Source of the DNA: a virus
Virus record (IMG/VR): IMGVR_UViG_2850695442_000001
Length of the DNA stretch: 64,000 bases
Reading direction: 5' to 3' (one strand)
In this document: positions 25,478 to 34,540 of the stretch, piece after piece
Layout of the letters: every line of letters starts with the position of its first letter
Numbering within the stretch: position 1 is the stretch's first letter
Notes under the pieces: generated by a model
What the model saw: the letters and a program-made list of their open reading frames with translations, nothing else
What the model was told of the DNA's origin: nothing
Database searches by the model: none
Position numbers and translations under genes: made by a program

Positions 25478-25717
25478 GAAGAAAGTACAATCATGTTTAA
25501 TCAATATACAACACAAAAAGGAATAACTGTTACTGAATTAGTTTCAGGGTCACTCTGGATTGTTAATAATGGAAAATTACAATTTAAGTTTACTAATATC
25601 ATTGATTTTGTTCGGTATATGACAAAAGTGAAATGAATTTAAATTGGTAATCCCTCATGGGACTCACAGCGAGTGGCTGATTGTCCCGAGGGGGCGTTAT
25701 CTCGAAAGGAGAGGCAA

Positions 25718-25945
25718 ATGGTTACTGTTTATTCAAAAAACAACTGTATGCAATGCAGAATGGTTAAAAAATTTTTAACTGAACATGATGTTACTTTCAA
25801 AGAAATCAACGTAGATGAGAATCCTGAGTTTATTGCTCATTTAAAAGATGACCTTAATTTCATGGCAACCCCTGTTGTTGAAACTGAAAACATCGCTTTT
25901 TATGGTTTTGCGCCTGATAAGCTGAAAGCATTAGCAAACAATTAA
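25718..25945 (+). CDS. nrdH: glutaredoxin-like NrdH-redoxin
   Basis: MVTVYSKNNCMQC (CxxC)...TPVV...GFAPDKL; RBS AAAGGAG. Confidence 0.92.
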   Translation: MVTVYSKNNCMQCRMVKKFLTEHDVTFKEINVDENPEFIAHLKDDLNFMATPVVETENIAFYGFAPDKLKALANN

Positions 25946-26067
25946 CAATTAAATATTGCTTCATAACGAAGCCGCCTTGCACAGGGTGTCATTGAACGTG
26001 CGTGCTAAAATATTAGCTCGTAAGTCCTGATTCCCGTGAGGAACAGGCTGAGTTTAGGAGAAATGTA

Positions 26068-27066
26068 ATGAATGAATTGTCAGTTAAATTTATTCCCGCA
26101 AGTATTGAACTTGTTCAACAAAAAGAATTTGAGCAACAAATTATTGATATTGCTAATAAATATTCTAATTTGGTAGTGACTCAAGAAACATTGAAAGAAT
26201 CTCGCGAAACACGGGCAGAATTGAACGGTGTGATAAAAGACTTAGAGTCTAAAAGAAAACAGGTCAAAGCTCATATCAATGAGCCTTACGAGGCTTTCGC
26301 AGGATGGCTTAAACAGGCAACACTTTCTTTAACAGATACAATTTCAAAGATTGATGCAGGAATTAAAGAATGCGAACGGAATACTCGTGAGCTTCGATTA
26401 CAAATTCTTACAGCAAATCTTGAAAAAATTTGTGAAGATAAAGAATTGCAAATTAATGGGAAAGTTATGGATTCTCGCATCTTTGATGCAGAGCTATCAA
26501 AAATGGCTTTAGCTGTTAATTTTACAAAAGATATGAACTTGACTAAAGTGGCACGCGAAAAGCTTCAAGAATTAGTAGAAGTTGAATTTAATGCTAAAAA
26601 AGAATTAGCTTTGGCGACAGATTCAATCAATACAGTGGCTTTTAGCGTAAATCTTGAACCGCGTCCGTATCTTCAACTCTTTGTGCAGGGGAAACCTATT
26701 GCGGAAGTTTTGGTAATGATACAAAAGGATGCACAGGCAAAAGATGAACGTAGAAGGCTTGCGGAGCAAATACAGATTGAAAAAGCTGAAAAAGCCAAGC
26801 AAGCTGAGTTAGCAAAGCAAGAAGCGACACGGCAAGCAAAAGTGATGTCTTCTGCCGAGCCACCACATCAAAAGGTTATTGACCCATATCCAGCTCAACT
26901 CATTTTTTCGATTGACTTTGAAACTGTCGCACAAAAAGACTTCTTCAAATCAGTTATGGAAGATAATGGGTTTGAGTATGTGGTGAAATCTTTTGAATCG
27001 CGTAATCCGGAATACCTTAAAGTACTTGAACAGAAAAAAGCTCAGGAAAATAATTCTGTTGCATAA
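26068..27066 (+). CDS. DUF1351-like phage protein
   Basis: KYSNLVVT...RAELN...LESKRKQVK...EPYEAF coiled-coil pattern, typical of Bet-associated phage modules. Confidence 0.75.
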   Translation: MNELSVKFIPASIELVQQKEFEQQIIDIANKYSNLVVTQETLKESRETRAELNGVIKDLESKRKQVKAHINEPYEAFAGWLKQATLSLTDTISKIDAGIKECERNTRELRLQILTANLEKICEDKELQINGKVMDSRIFDAELSKMALAVNFTKDMNLTKVAREKLQELVEVEFNAKKELALATDSINTVAFSVNLEPRPYLQLFVQGKPIAEVLVMIQKDAQAKDERRRLAEQIQIEKAEKAKQAELAKQEATRQAKVMSSAEPPHQKVIDPYPAQLIFSIDFETVAQKDFFKSVMEDNGFEYVVKSFESRNPEYLKVLEQKKAQENNSVA

Positions 27067-27151
27067 TCTAATACACTGACCCAAAGGGCTGAAACATTAC
27101 TCTTTGGAGTGGTGTCTCTCTTTATTAATTTTAAAGGTAAAGGAGAATAAA

Positions 27152-27472
27152 ATGAATAAATCTGAGTTGGGAAACCTTCTAATCGAAGTAATTTCTCCCG
27201 CAGTTTCCACACAAATTTACATTACAACTTTCGATAATGACACCTGTCTCCATACTTGGAAGGAAGTCAAATGGAAAGGTGATTCATCCCAAGAATGGAA
27301 TGAATTTCTAGAAGTTGAAGTGACCTTGAATGAAATCTATGAAAAATTTAGAAATACAGAGAGGTCTCAAACTATTGTTGTTGTTGTTGTAGATGGTGGA
27401 CTTTCAGGGAAAATTTACCGTGAAGATAATGGGTTTTGGATGCAATATGCGGAAACTCACGGTTATGCTTAG
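27152..27472 (+). CDS. hypothetical protein
   Basis: RBS AAGGAG before ATG 27152. Confidence 0.65.
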   Translation: MNKSELGNLLIEVISPAVSTQIYITTFDNDTCLHTWKEVKWKGDSSQEWNEFLEVEVTLNEIYEKFRNTERSQTIVVVVVDGGLSGKIYREDNGFWMQYAETHGYA

Positions 27473-27819
27473 GAGAAAAAAGATGATAATTTAAGAGTTC
27501 ATCAAAATGGAAATGCTTATTCAATCAGAAGTAGTCATTCAAATATAGAAAGACTCATCAACTATATTCAGAGCATTAAAGTAGCGCATCGGTTTGATAC
27601 ATTGATTAGTACAGACTTTACGGAAGTTGAAAAAACTTTAGTATAGTGCTGGATTTAGATTTGAAAATTAACAAAAAATGCCAGATATGCTGATGAGCTG
27701 TTACAAAGGTAACACATAATGCTTCTAAAATCGGGCATTATACTAACAAACAATCCGTAAGGAAATTGTTATTTCCTTCGGGTATGATAATTTCCTTGGG
27801 AACGATTAAGGAGATTATC

Positions 27820-28299
27820 ATGGAAACAACAAATAAATTGAACTATTCAGAAGTTATGGAAATAACGGATAAGGTACTGAAACGTAAACCTTGGGATACG
27901 GCTGAGCACTGTAATATCATACATGGGACAATTCTCTCAAAAGTTTTTGGAGAAGTCCTAGATGATATAAGTATTGAAGACTTTGACAGAATTGAACAAG
28001 CAGTTAACAAAAAAATATTGGAGTCGCTTGGTATCACTCATCAAACGAAAGAAGAAGCGTTAGCATCTGAACAGCGTATTATGGAATATTGGGGATGGGG
28101 AGATAACGTTAAAAATATTTTTAATGGTAAGCCTTATTCTGATAAAGATGGTTTTGGTTCGATTATTTCCAGATATAGAGCGGATTTTCCCTTTAAATCT
28201 GTAAGAGCAGAGAATGCTTTCGTCAGAAGTCAAACTAGAAATTTGATTCATCATTGGTATTTTATGCTCAAAGAATGCTTACCCGAAAAGTTTGAGTAG
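27820..28299 (+). CDS. hypothetical protein
   Basis: RBS AAGGAG before ATG 27820. Confidence 0.65.
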   Translation: METTNKLNYSEVMEITDKVLKRKPWDTAEHCNIIHGTILSKVFGEVLDDISIEDFDRIEQAVNKKILESLGITHQTKEEALASEQRIMEYWGWGDNVKNIFNGKPYSDKDGFGSIISRYRADFPFKSVRAENAFVRSQTRNLIHHWYFMLKECLPEKFE

Positions 28300-28413
28300 A
28301 ACTATAAGATTACATCTCACCCTAGGGGACATTTTGACACCTTAGAGGTAGAGAAGTCAACTAGGATTTAAACACGCGCAGATGCGCTCTTAATTAAGCC
28401 TAGGAGGCACAAC

Positions 28414-28590
28414 ATGAAAACAACAACTTATATCGCATTATCAGTAGTATTTATCTTTGTAGCAGCTATCTTCTTTGCTCTTATGATAATCTTCAAGACC
28501 AATACGCTCTTTTTTGGAGCAGGTATCATTAGCGGAACGATTGTAGTTTTGTTTACAACCTTTGGCTATGCACTTATTGAAGAAGTCTAA
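28414..28590 (+). CDS. small two-TM membrane protein (58 aa)
   Basis: RBS AGGAGG; MKTTTYIALSVVFIFVAAIFFALMIIFKTNTLFFGAGIISGTIVVLFTTFGYALIEEV. Confidence 0.65.
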   Translation: MKTTTYIALSVVFIFVAAIFFALMIIFKTNTLFFGAGIISGTIVVLFTTFGYALIEEV

Positions 28591-28610
28591 GAAGGAGAGA
28601 AAAACTAAAA

Positions 28611-28889
28611 ATGAGATTAACAAAAGCTGATAAATTGACACTTTCTAAATTTGGTTTTTACCAAAACGACCTGCTTACTATCGAAGATTTGGATTATACC
28701 TTTCAATATAAGGGAAAATCTGTTTCATTTGTAGAAGTAAAACGCATCGCAAGTGACCCAAAACAAAAATCACTTGGACGAGAAGCCCTTCTAGTTTCTC
28801 TTGCACGCAGTGCTTTTAAAGGTAGCGTACAATTTGGAATTAAAAAGGATATTGTCGTTACCTCTTGGAATAAGGAGTGGTTACAATGA
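28611..28889 (+). CDS. hypothetical protein
   Basis: RBS AAGGAG; 92 aa. Confidence 0.6.
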   Translation: MRLTKADKLTLSKFGFYQNDLLTIEDLDYTFQYKGKSVSFVEVKRIASDPKQKSLGREALLVSLARSAFKGSVQFGIKKDIVVTSWNKEWLQ

Positions 28890-29044
28890 TTGAAAATCAA
28901 ATAAAAGAAAAATTAATTGTAATACTTGCTAAACATGAAGAGGGTGTCCGTCAGATGATGGCAAAGGCAAGGGAACATCAAATTGAAAATTTAGATTTGT
29001 TTTTATCACTTGTGAGAGAAGCAAATCAACACATTATTAAATAA
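28886..29044 (+). CDS. small hypothetical protein (52 aa)
   Basis: RBS AAGGAG; ATGA overlap with the previous ORF. Confidence 0.5.
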   Translation: MIENQIKEKLIVILAKHEEGVRQMMAKAREHQIENLDLFLSLVREANQHIIK

Positions 29045-29129
29045 CACTATTACTTCTCTGTTAGGATTTAATCTTTCCTACAGGGAAGACTAGATGCTTT
29101 CGGACTTTTAACAAGAAAGGAGCATCTAC

Positions 29130-29429
29130 ATGATGACTTTTAATGATAAAATCAATTGGCTAAAAAAATATTATCCTTACAAACTTTCACGCGCATGGTA
29201 TGAAGAAAATCCTGTGAGGACTTGCGCTATTTATAGACGTGAGTATCACAAATGGTATCAAGGTCAAATTGACCGTATCACTGATGAAGTACGTGCAAAA
29301 AATGCTGAAAAAACTGAAGCACTTGTAAAGCGAAGTTTGGAGTTATTTGGGAAAAAGATTTCACAATTAACCCCAGAACAAAGACGTGTGATGTTTACTG
29401 AAGCGCTTGCATTAGCTCGATGCCAATAA
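29130..29429 (+). CDS. hypothetical protein
   Basis: RBS AAAGGAG; 99 aa. Confidence 0.6.
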   Translation: MMTFNDKINWLKKYYPYKLSRAWYEENPVRTCAIYRREYHKWYQGQIDRITDEVRAKNAEKTEALVKRSLELFGKKISQLTPEQRRVMFTEALALARCQ

Positions 29430-29766
29430 CGATGAAAGTAGGAAATAGAATGACAAAAACAAAAAAAGAATACCGTGGGTATCCATTAACAACTGAGCTA
29501 GAATTTGTTCTTGATAGTACGGTAATGAAGAAGAATTAGACTTTTTATACTCAGGTGAAATGAGTATAGAAGATAAAGTTACTTTATCTAAGCTACTTGA
29601 TGCTGGTGTCTCTGCTGGTTACCTTGTCAAAACAAAAGATGGTTATGAAGCTGTCTAATTTAATAAAATAAAAAATAACTCTACAAGGAGCAAAATGAAT
29701 TACTTTCTCCTTGTAGGGGGATGTAGTTTAAATTTTGTTCCTTTTTCATTTTAAAGGACAAAAGAT

Positions 29767-30396
29767 ATGACAAAGAAAAATTTACAAAACGTAGCGAAGA
29801 ATGCTAAAATGTACGCACACAACGATTTGAAAGTCGTTCTCAATACATATAAACTCTCTTCCTTTACTGTAACAGAAAATGGATTTGGACAGTTCACAGG
29901 CAACTATTATGCTGTACTTGATTATCTTGGAGTTTCTGAAAAACGATTTATCAATCTCATTGCAGAATCCGAGAATGAAGAAAAGCAATTTAATCATCTC
30001 AAGAAAAAAATAGAACGCAAGTTGGGAATGTTAAATCACTCTCAACAAGATGATTTGATGACTCAATGGGTTAATTGGTCTAATGAGACACACGCTGACC
30101 CATGCGAATCACACAATAAACGTGTTTATATCAATCGTGATGATGAAGATTGGATGCCTATTGAAATGGAATTGGCGACTTTACAGAATTCTATGAAACT
30201 TATCAAACGCGAAGCAGTTGAACGTGCTTATTGCTTAGCAGCGCTTCATGTCTGCAAGCAAGAAAAGACACTTAGAGATTTAGCGTATGATTATGCTCTC
30301 AATTATGAATTGCTTTTGGAAGTCAACAATGACTTGTTCCAGCCAAAAGAAATTGAAGAAGACGAATTCTTTTGGAACTTCTTAAACTTAAACTAA
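29767..30396 (+). CDS. hypothetical protein
   Basis: 209 aa; followed by the terminator-like hairpin ACACCTCTA/TAGAGGTGT-TTTT (30408-30439). Confidence 0.65.
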   Translation: MTKKNLQNVAKNAKMYAHNDLKVVLNTYKLSSFTVTENGFGQFTGNYYAVLDYLGVSEKRFINLIAESENEEKQFNHLKKKIERKLGMLNHSQQDDLMTQWVNWSNETHADPCESHNKRVYINRDDEDWMPIEMELATLQNSMKLIKREAVERAYCLAALHVCKQEKTLRDLAYDYALNYELLLEVNNDLFQPKEIEEDEFFWNFLNLN

Positions 30397-30451
30397 ATAT
30401 CTATTATGACACCTCTATCTCTCTCTTAGAGGTGTTTTTATTTGATAGAAA

Positions 30452-30489
30452 GGACTTTTTACTCGATGAAAAATTTTCAATGAGATAAT
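30452..30489 (+). promoter_or_regulatory. GGACTT-N26-GATAAT motif, copy 3
   Basis: Upstream of the operon containing ORF 30526 and the Spx-like gene. Confidence 0.75.
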
Positions 30490-30525
30490 AAAAAGAAAAA
30501 ACGGAAATAAAAAGGATATAAAAAT

Positions 30526-31350
30526 ATGGCAAGTCCAAGTTATCAAAAGAAATTAAAAAGTGCTGTTCAGCGCTATAAAGTTCAGCAGATTAAGAAAACA
30601 TCTAGGGAAGAAAATAATAAAGAGATTAAAGAAAAATGGCTCAATCAAGAATTGATGACTCCTGTTATTCCGAATATGCCACGATGTCCAAAAAATGTTG
30701 ATGAATATCTGTATTTATTAACTATTCAGTATGGAATGGCTAATAAGGGAACAAAAAACACCAATGACCGGCGTGATATTCTCTCGAATTATAGTGGCGC
30801 TTGGATTGGAGTGGAAGGTTATGTGACGGATGCTAAAATCTTTAATGGAGTCATGCGACTTTGTATTTCGCTTCCGAGACTTGATACTTTTGATGCTAAC
30901 TCTGGCAAAATTATTGATAGCCATGTCTGGATTAAAATGAGTGATTTTCAATACAGTGATATTGATGATGGACGAATTACGAATCAAGCAATGTACGAGA
31001 GCGAAGAAAGCGTGGATGGTGCCATAAGTCTAGGAGATTTCGTCCAATTTGTTGGATTGGTTTATCCTTATGTCACAGGAAAAAAAGTGAAATATGGCTT
31101 CAATAAATTTAAAAGGATTAGCCGTGGGGGGCTAAAATTTGTTGTTGAATCTAAAAAAGGAAAGAAACAACGAATTGTTGATTCGCGTTATCCAAGATTG
31201 GGTTATTTGATTAAAGCACATCATATCCCTGGAACGAATAAATTTGCTTATCGTTTTGCAAATTGGAATGAAATTAATAAACAAAAAGAGAAATTAGAAA
31301 ATTTGTATAATGCTTACAAATTGAAAAATGGGGTTGGGGAAGAAGCATGA
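30526..31350 (+). CDS. hypothetical basic protein
   Basis: 274 aa, Lys-rich. Confidence 0.7.
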   Translation: MASPSYQKKLKSAVQRYKVQQIKKTSREENNKEIKEKWLNQELMTPVIPNMPRCPKNVDEYLYLLTIQYGMANKGTKNTNDRRDILSNYSGAWIGVEGYVTDAKIFNGVMRLCISLPRLDTFDANSGKIIDSHVWIKMSDFQYSDIDDGRITNQAMYESEESVDGAISLGDFVQFVGLVYPYVTGKKVKYGFNKFKRISRGGLKFVVESKKGKKQRIVDSRYPRLGYLIKAHHIPGTNKFAYRFANWNEINKQKEKLENLYNAYKLKNGVGEEA

Positions 31351-31790
31351 TAACAGTATTTGTAGGTTTGAATAATAAAAAATCAATAGGAACAGCCATT
31401 CAATGGCTCAAAGCGCATCATCTCTCTTATAAAGTAAAACACATAGAGGAGATGACTTTATCAGAACTCATTCATATTCTTTCGTTGACTGATGAAGGGA
31501 CCTCTGAATTAGAAGCTAACCCTGACCATAAAGCAAGAAATAAAGCATGGCGACAGATGCATGAAGCCATAGAAAATGCAGAGAGTTTAAGAGAAGTACA
31601 GACCTTCATTCACAGTTATCCTCAACACTTTCATGGATTATTTATCGTGGACGAACAAAGATTAGTAATTGGCTTTAATGCGAATGAAATTAGATGTTTT
31701 GTCCCTCGTGAAAATCGCCATGTTTTTATTAACGGGTTACATTCAAATGAATTAAGAGAACATTTGAATGTGCGCGGATATACGTCTTAA
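31347..31790 (+). CDS. Spx/MgsR (ArsC-fold) family regulator lacking the CxxC motif
   Basis: AIQWLKAHHLSY...ELIHILSLTDEG...IVDEQRLVIGFNANEIRCFVPRENR matches Spx; the N-terminal CxxC is replaced by NKKS. Confidence 0.75.
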   Translation: MITVFVGLNNKKSIGTAIQWLKAHHLSYKVKHIEEMTLSELIHILSLTDEGTSELEANPDHKARNKAWRQMHEAIENAESLREVQTFIHSYPQHFHGLFIVDEQRLVIGFNANEIRCFVPRENRHVFINGLHSNELREHLNVRGYTS

Positions 31791-31811
31791 ATAAGATGGA
31801 GGAGAGAGAAT

Positions 31812-32045
31812 ATGTATAATTTACTGAAACAATATCTTACAGAGAAGAATATTTTTTTAGGAAAAGAAATGTTCTCAGCTGTGTTATTGGATTTACAATT
31901 TAGAGAAGCCGGAAATACAACGCGGATTTCTAATGCTTTAGCTTATGGATTAAAGCTTTATCAAACATCAGACGGTTTTAAGATTGATAAGGACAAATTT
32001 GAATATTTATCAAGAATTTCTACCGAGGTGTGGAAGACAAAGTGA
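31812..32045 (+). CDS. hypothetical protein
   Basis: RBS GGAGGAG; 77 aa. Confidence 0.55.
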   Translation: MYNLLKQYLTEKNIFLGKEMFSAVLLDLQFREAGNTTRISNALAYGLKLYQTSDGFKIDKDKFEYLSRISTEVWKTK

Positions 32046-32061
32046 AACTCATATAGAAAAA

Positions 32062-32099
32062 GGACTTGTTTTAGGTGTTTTTTTCTTTTTTGAGAAGAT
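32062..32099 (+). promoter_or_regulatory. GGACTT-N26-GAAGAT variant, copy 4
   Basis: aaGGACTTgtttt...tgaGAAGAT upstream of the topoisomerase. Confidence 0.6.
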
Positions 32100-32121
32100 A
32101 GAAAAAAGGAGACGAGATAAA

Positions 32122-34230
32122 ATGAGTATTTTTGTGCTAAGCGAAAAAAACACCCAACAAGCTAAAAAATATGCACAAGCTCTCTTTGGACATACCAGGC
32201 GTAACAAGGAGGGTTTCTACGAGGGAGTGTGGGCTGGGAATTCAATGGTTATAGGGTATCTCGGCGGTCACTTATATGAACAATATTCACCTGCTGACTA
32301 TACGGATAGGTGGAATGCGCGTGAAGCAAAACCTCGACAGTTAATTGAAATGCAACCACTTGTTCCAGAAAAATGGAAAATCAAAGAAAAGAAGGGAAAA
32401 GTTGGCAAGCAGTCTATTCACGACCTTCTTCAAAAGATTAAACGCGCAGGAGACAATGTGACAGAAATTTATTTAGCGACTGACCCTGACCGTGAGGGGA
32501 CACTACTTGGGCGTGAGGTTTTAATTGAATTAGGATTGATGGATAAAGTGACGTCTCGCGTTTATGCTCATGATACGGCAGAGTCCCAAATTAGAAAAGC
32601 TTTCAGTCAGGCAAAGCCGATAGCAACGGATGAATTACTCTATGTTGCAGGTTTGGAAAGACAACGTGTAGATTGGCTTGGTGGAATTGCTTCTTTTGCC
32701 TTAATGAAGTCAGAAAATGCACTGAAAGGGCATCTTGGAAAAGGAACAGGTTCAATAGGACGTGTTAAATCTGGTGTTGCTATTTTTATAGAACAGGTCA
32801 ATCAAAAAAACGATAATTGGGACGAGGAAGCACCTGAAAATAATAAGTATGGTATAAAAATGACGACTTCTGATGGACTTGTTTTGAAATCTGCTCGACA
32901 GGCACCGCTAGAAGCACAAATTATTGGTTGGATAAAACGACATTCAACAATAACAACCGTTGATATAAAAGCAGAGGATAAAAAGCGTTCAGTGAATGCT
33001 CCAATGTTATTACAGCTCTCTAGTATTATGACTTGGGCGAAAAAAAATAAAATAAAAAAAGAGATTATGCCTTTTTTGAATAATTTGGCTCTTAAAGGCT
33101 ATATTACTTATCCTCGTACAGAAATAAATGTCATTTCAAAATCTTTTCGTGACGAAAATCTTGCACCACGCGCAGAAGAAGTTAAAAATCTTCTTGAAGT
33201 GAAGCTTCCTTTACCTAATCGTTTGATTTTTGATAAGCCTTGGATAAACAATAAAAAAGTAGATAACGCTGGACACATGGCAAATACCTATGGAGATAAT
33301 GTGCCCAGTAAGACGGAACTTGAAAGTTTAGAAAAAGAGGAACAACAACTTTACCGGATTATAGGATTGCGCTCTCTTGCGCCGATGATGCCTAAAGGAA
33401 TTGATAGCGTTCGCCAATATAGCAGTCAAGTTGATGATATGCCCTTTGCTGCAAGCAGTTCATCTATTCTAATAAAAGGCTGGCGAGAATTGCCTGAGCT
33501 TTATTCTAATAAAAATCAGTCAAAGAAATCAGATGAGGAAACGACTTTTGTGGATGGCGGTTTGAAAAATGTCAATTTTGAAGTGGAACGTATAAAACGT
33601 CATCCTCCAGTCCGTATTACTCCTGCAAATATCATAGAACTGATGGGAAAATATGGTTTGGGAACATCAGGAACCCGAGAAAATATTATTAAAGAGATGA
33701 CTTCTTTTGGACAAATCAAAAACAATGGAAAATATTATGAAGTAACGGAAGTAGGAAAAGCTTTGGTGTATAATCAGCCACTTTATACCTTTGAGTCCAC
33801 AAAAGAGCTTGGTAAACTTCTCTTAGATATTCAGGGATTAGGAGACTCAGAAACACCAATTCCAGCAGGAACGGCTATCAATAAACTTGCAAGGGATATT
33901 TCAACTTGGCGAGATGCGATATTGCCAAAAATAAATGACACGTTTACTTATTTTGACCCCAATATTGAAAAATACAAAGCAGTAGAACGTATGGAAGTGA
34001 AAACAAAGTCAGGTAAAACGTTGAAGTTTAAAAAAGAGTTTTTTGGACATACTTTTAGTGAAGAAGAATGTGAAGCGCTTAGTCAAGGGAAAGAAATTAC
34101 TTTTAAAGGAAATAATGGGAAGCCTGTCACTGGTATGCTAAAGCATCAAACTTTTAGTGGGAATAAATTTATAGGCTTTATGCCGAATTGGGACAGTGAA
34201 AAATATAAAAAAGCAAAAAGCGTGAGATAG
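32122..34230 (+). CDS. topB: type IA DNA topoisomerase (TopB/TraE-like)
   Basis: TOPRIM VLSEK and LATDPDREG, GSIGRVKS, active-site GYITYPRT, GLGTSGTR. Confidence 0.9.
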   Translation: MSIFVLSEKNTQQAKKYAQALFGHTRRNKEGFYEGVWAGNSMVIGYLGGHLYEQYSPADYTDRWNAREAKPRQLIEMQPLVPEKWKIKEKKGKVGKQSIHDLLQKIKRAGDNVTEIYLATDPDREGTLLGREVLIELGLMDKVTSRVYAHDTAESQIRKAFSQAKPIATDELLYVAGLERQRVDWLGGIASFALMKSENALKGHLGKGTGSIGRVKSGVAIFIEQVNQKNDNWDEEAPENNKYGIKMTTSDGLVLKSARQAPLEAQIIGWIKRHSTITTVDIKAEDKKRSVNAPMLLQLSSIMTWAKKNKIKKEIMPFLNNLALKGYITYPRTEINVISKSFRDENLAPRAEEVKNLLEVKLPLPNRLIFDKPWINNKKVDNAGHMANTYGDNVPSKTELESLEKEEQQLYRIIGLRSLAPMMPKGIDSVRQYSSQVDDMPFAASSSSILIKGWRELPELYSNKNQSKKSDEETTFVDGGLKNVNFEVERIKRHPPVRITPANIIELMGKYGLGTSGTRENIIKEMTSFGQIKNNGKYYEVTEVGKALVYNQPLYTFESTKELGKLLLDIQGLGDSETPIPAGTAINKLARDISTWRDAILPKINDTFTYFDPNIEKYKAVERMEVKTKSGKTLKFKKEFFGHTFSEEECEALSQGKEITFKGNNGKPVTGMLKHQTFSGNKFIGFMPNWDSEKYKKAKSVR

Positions 34231-34234
34231 AAAC

Positions 34235-34272
34235 GGAATTCTTACACGAAGAAAAAGCAATCATGAGATAAT
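34235..34272 (+). promoter_or_regulatory. GGAATT-N26-GATAAT variant, copy 5
   Basis: cGGAATTcttacacga...tgaGATAAT, similar to the 59222 copy. Confidence 0.65.
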
Positions 34273-34292
34273 ATTTTTGAGGAGGAAATGAA

Positions 34293-34499
34293 TTGAGAAA
34301 ATTAACAAGTGTTGGAAAAATCATCAATATTTTAGCGTTGTTAGCGGCAGTCTCTGCTATTATTTTATTTTTGCTTGAGCACAAGTTTCAGACGGCTCTT
34401 TGGGCTGGAATAAGTACGCTTTGGATTGCAAATACAATAAAGAAAGAACAGCAACTTCAACAAGTGATAAAAATACTTGAAGAAGTAGAGAAATATTAA
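34293..34499 (+). CDS. small membrane protein
   Basis: RBS GAGGAGG; two hydrophobic segments. Confidence 0.6.
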   Translation: MRKLTSVGKIINILALLAAVSAIILFLLEHKFQTALWAGISTLWIANTIKKEQQLQQVIKILEEVEKY

Positions 34500-34540
34500 A
34501 ATGAAGGTATTTTAGGAAGAATTTAATAGGTAGAAGAAGA

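Noticed and set aside
27690-27716. Hammerhead-like core CTGATGAG followed by a GTTAC-AAAG-GTAAC stem
   Set aside because: The required GAAA after stem II is absent (ACATA follows), and no stems I and III were found.
21371-29100. Integron cassette array with attC sites
   Set aside because: Only the 23484 hairpin has a clean AAC...GTT pair, the R boxes are inconsistent, and no integron integrase is in the window. Kept only as a weak alternative in the hairpin-leader finding.
32100-32112. Self-target of the TnpB guide upstream of topB
   Set aside because: The 13-nt match is low-complexity purine/SD sequence and the TAM is unknown, so it cannot be claimed as a target.
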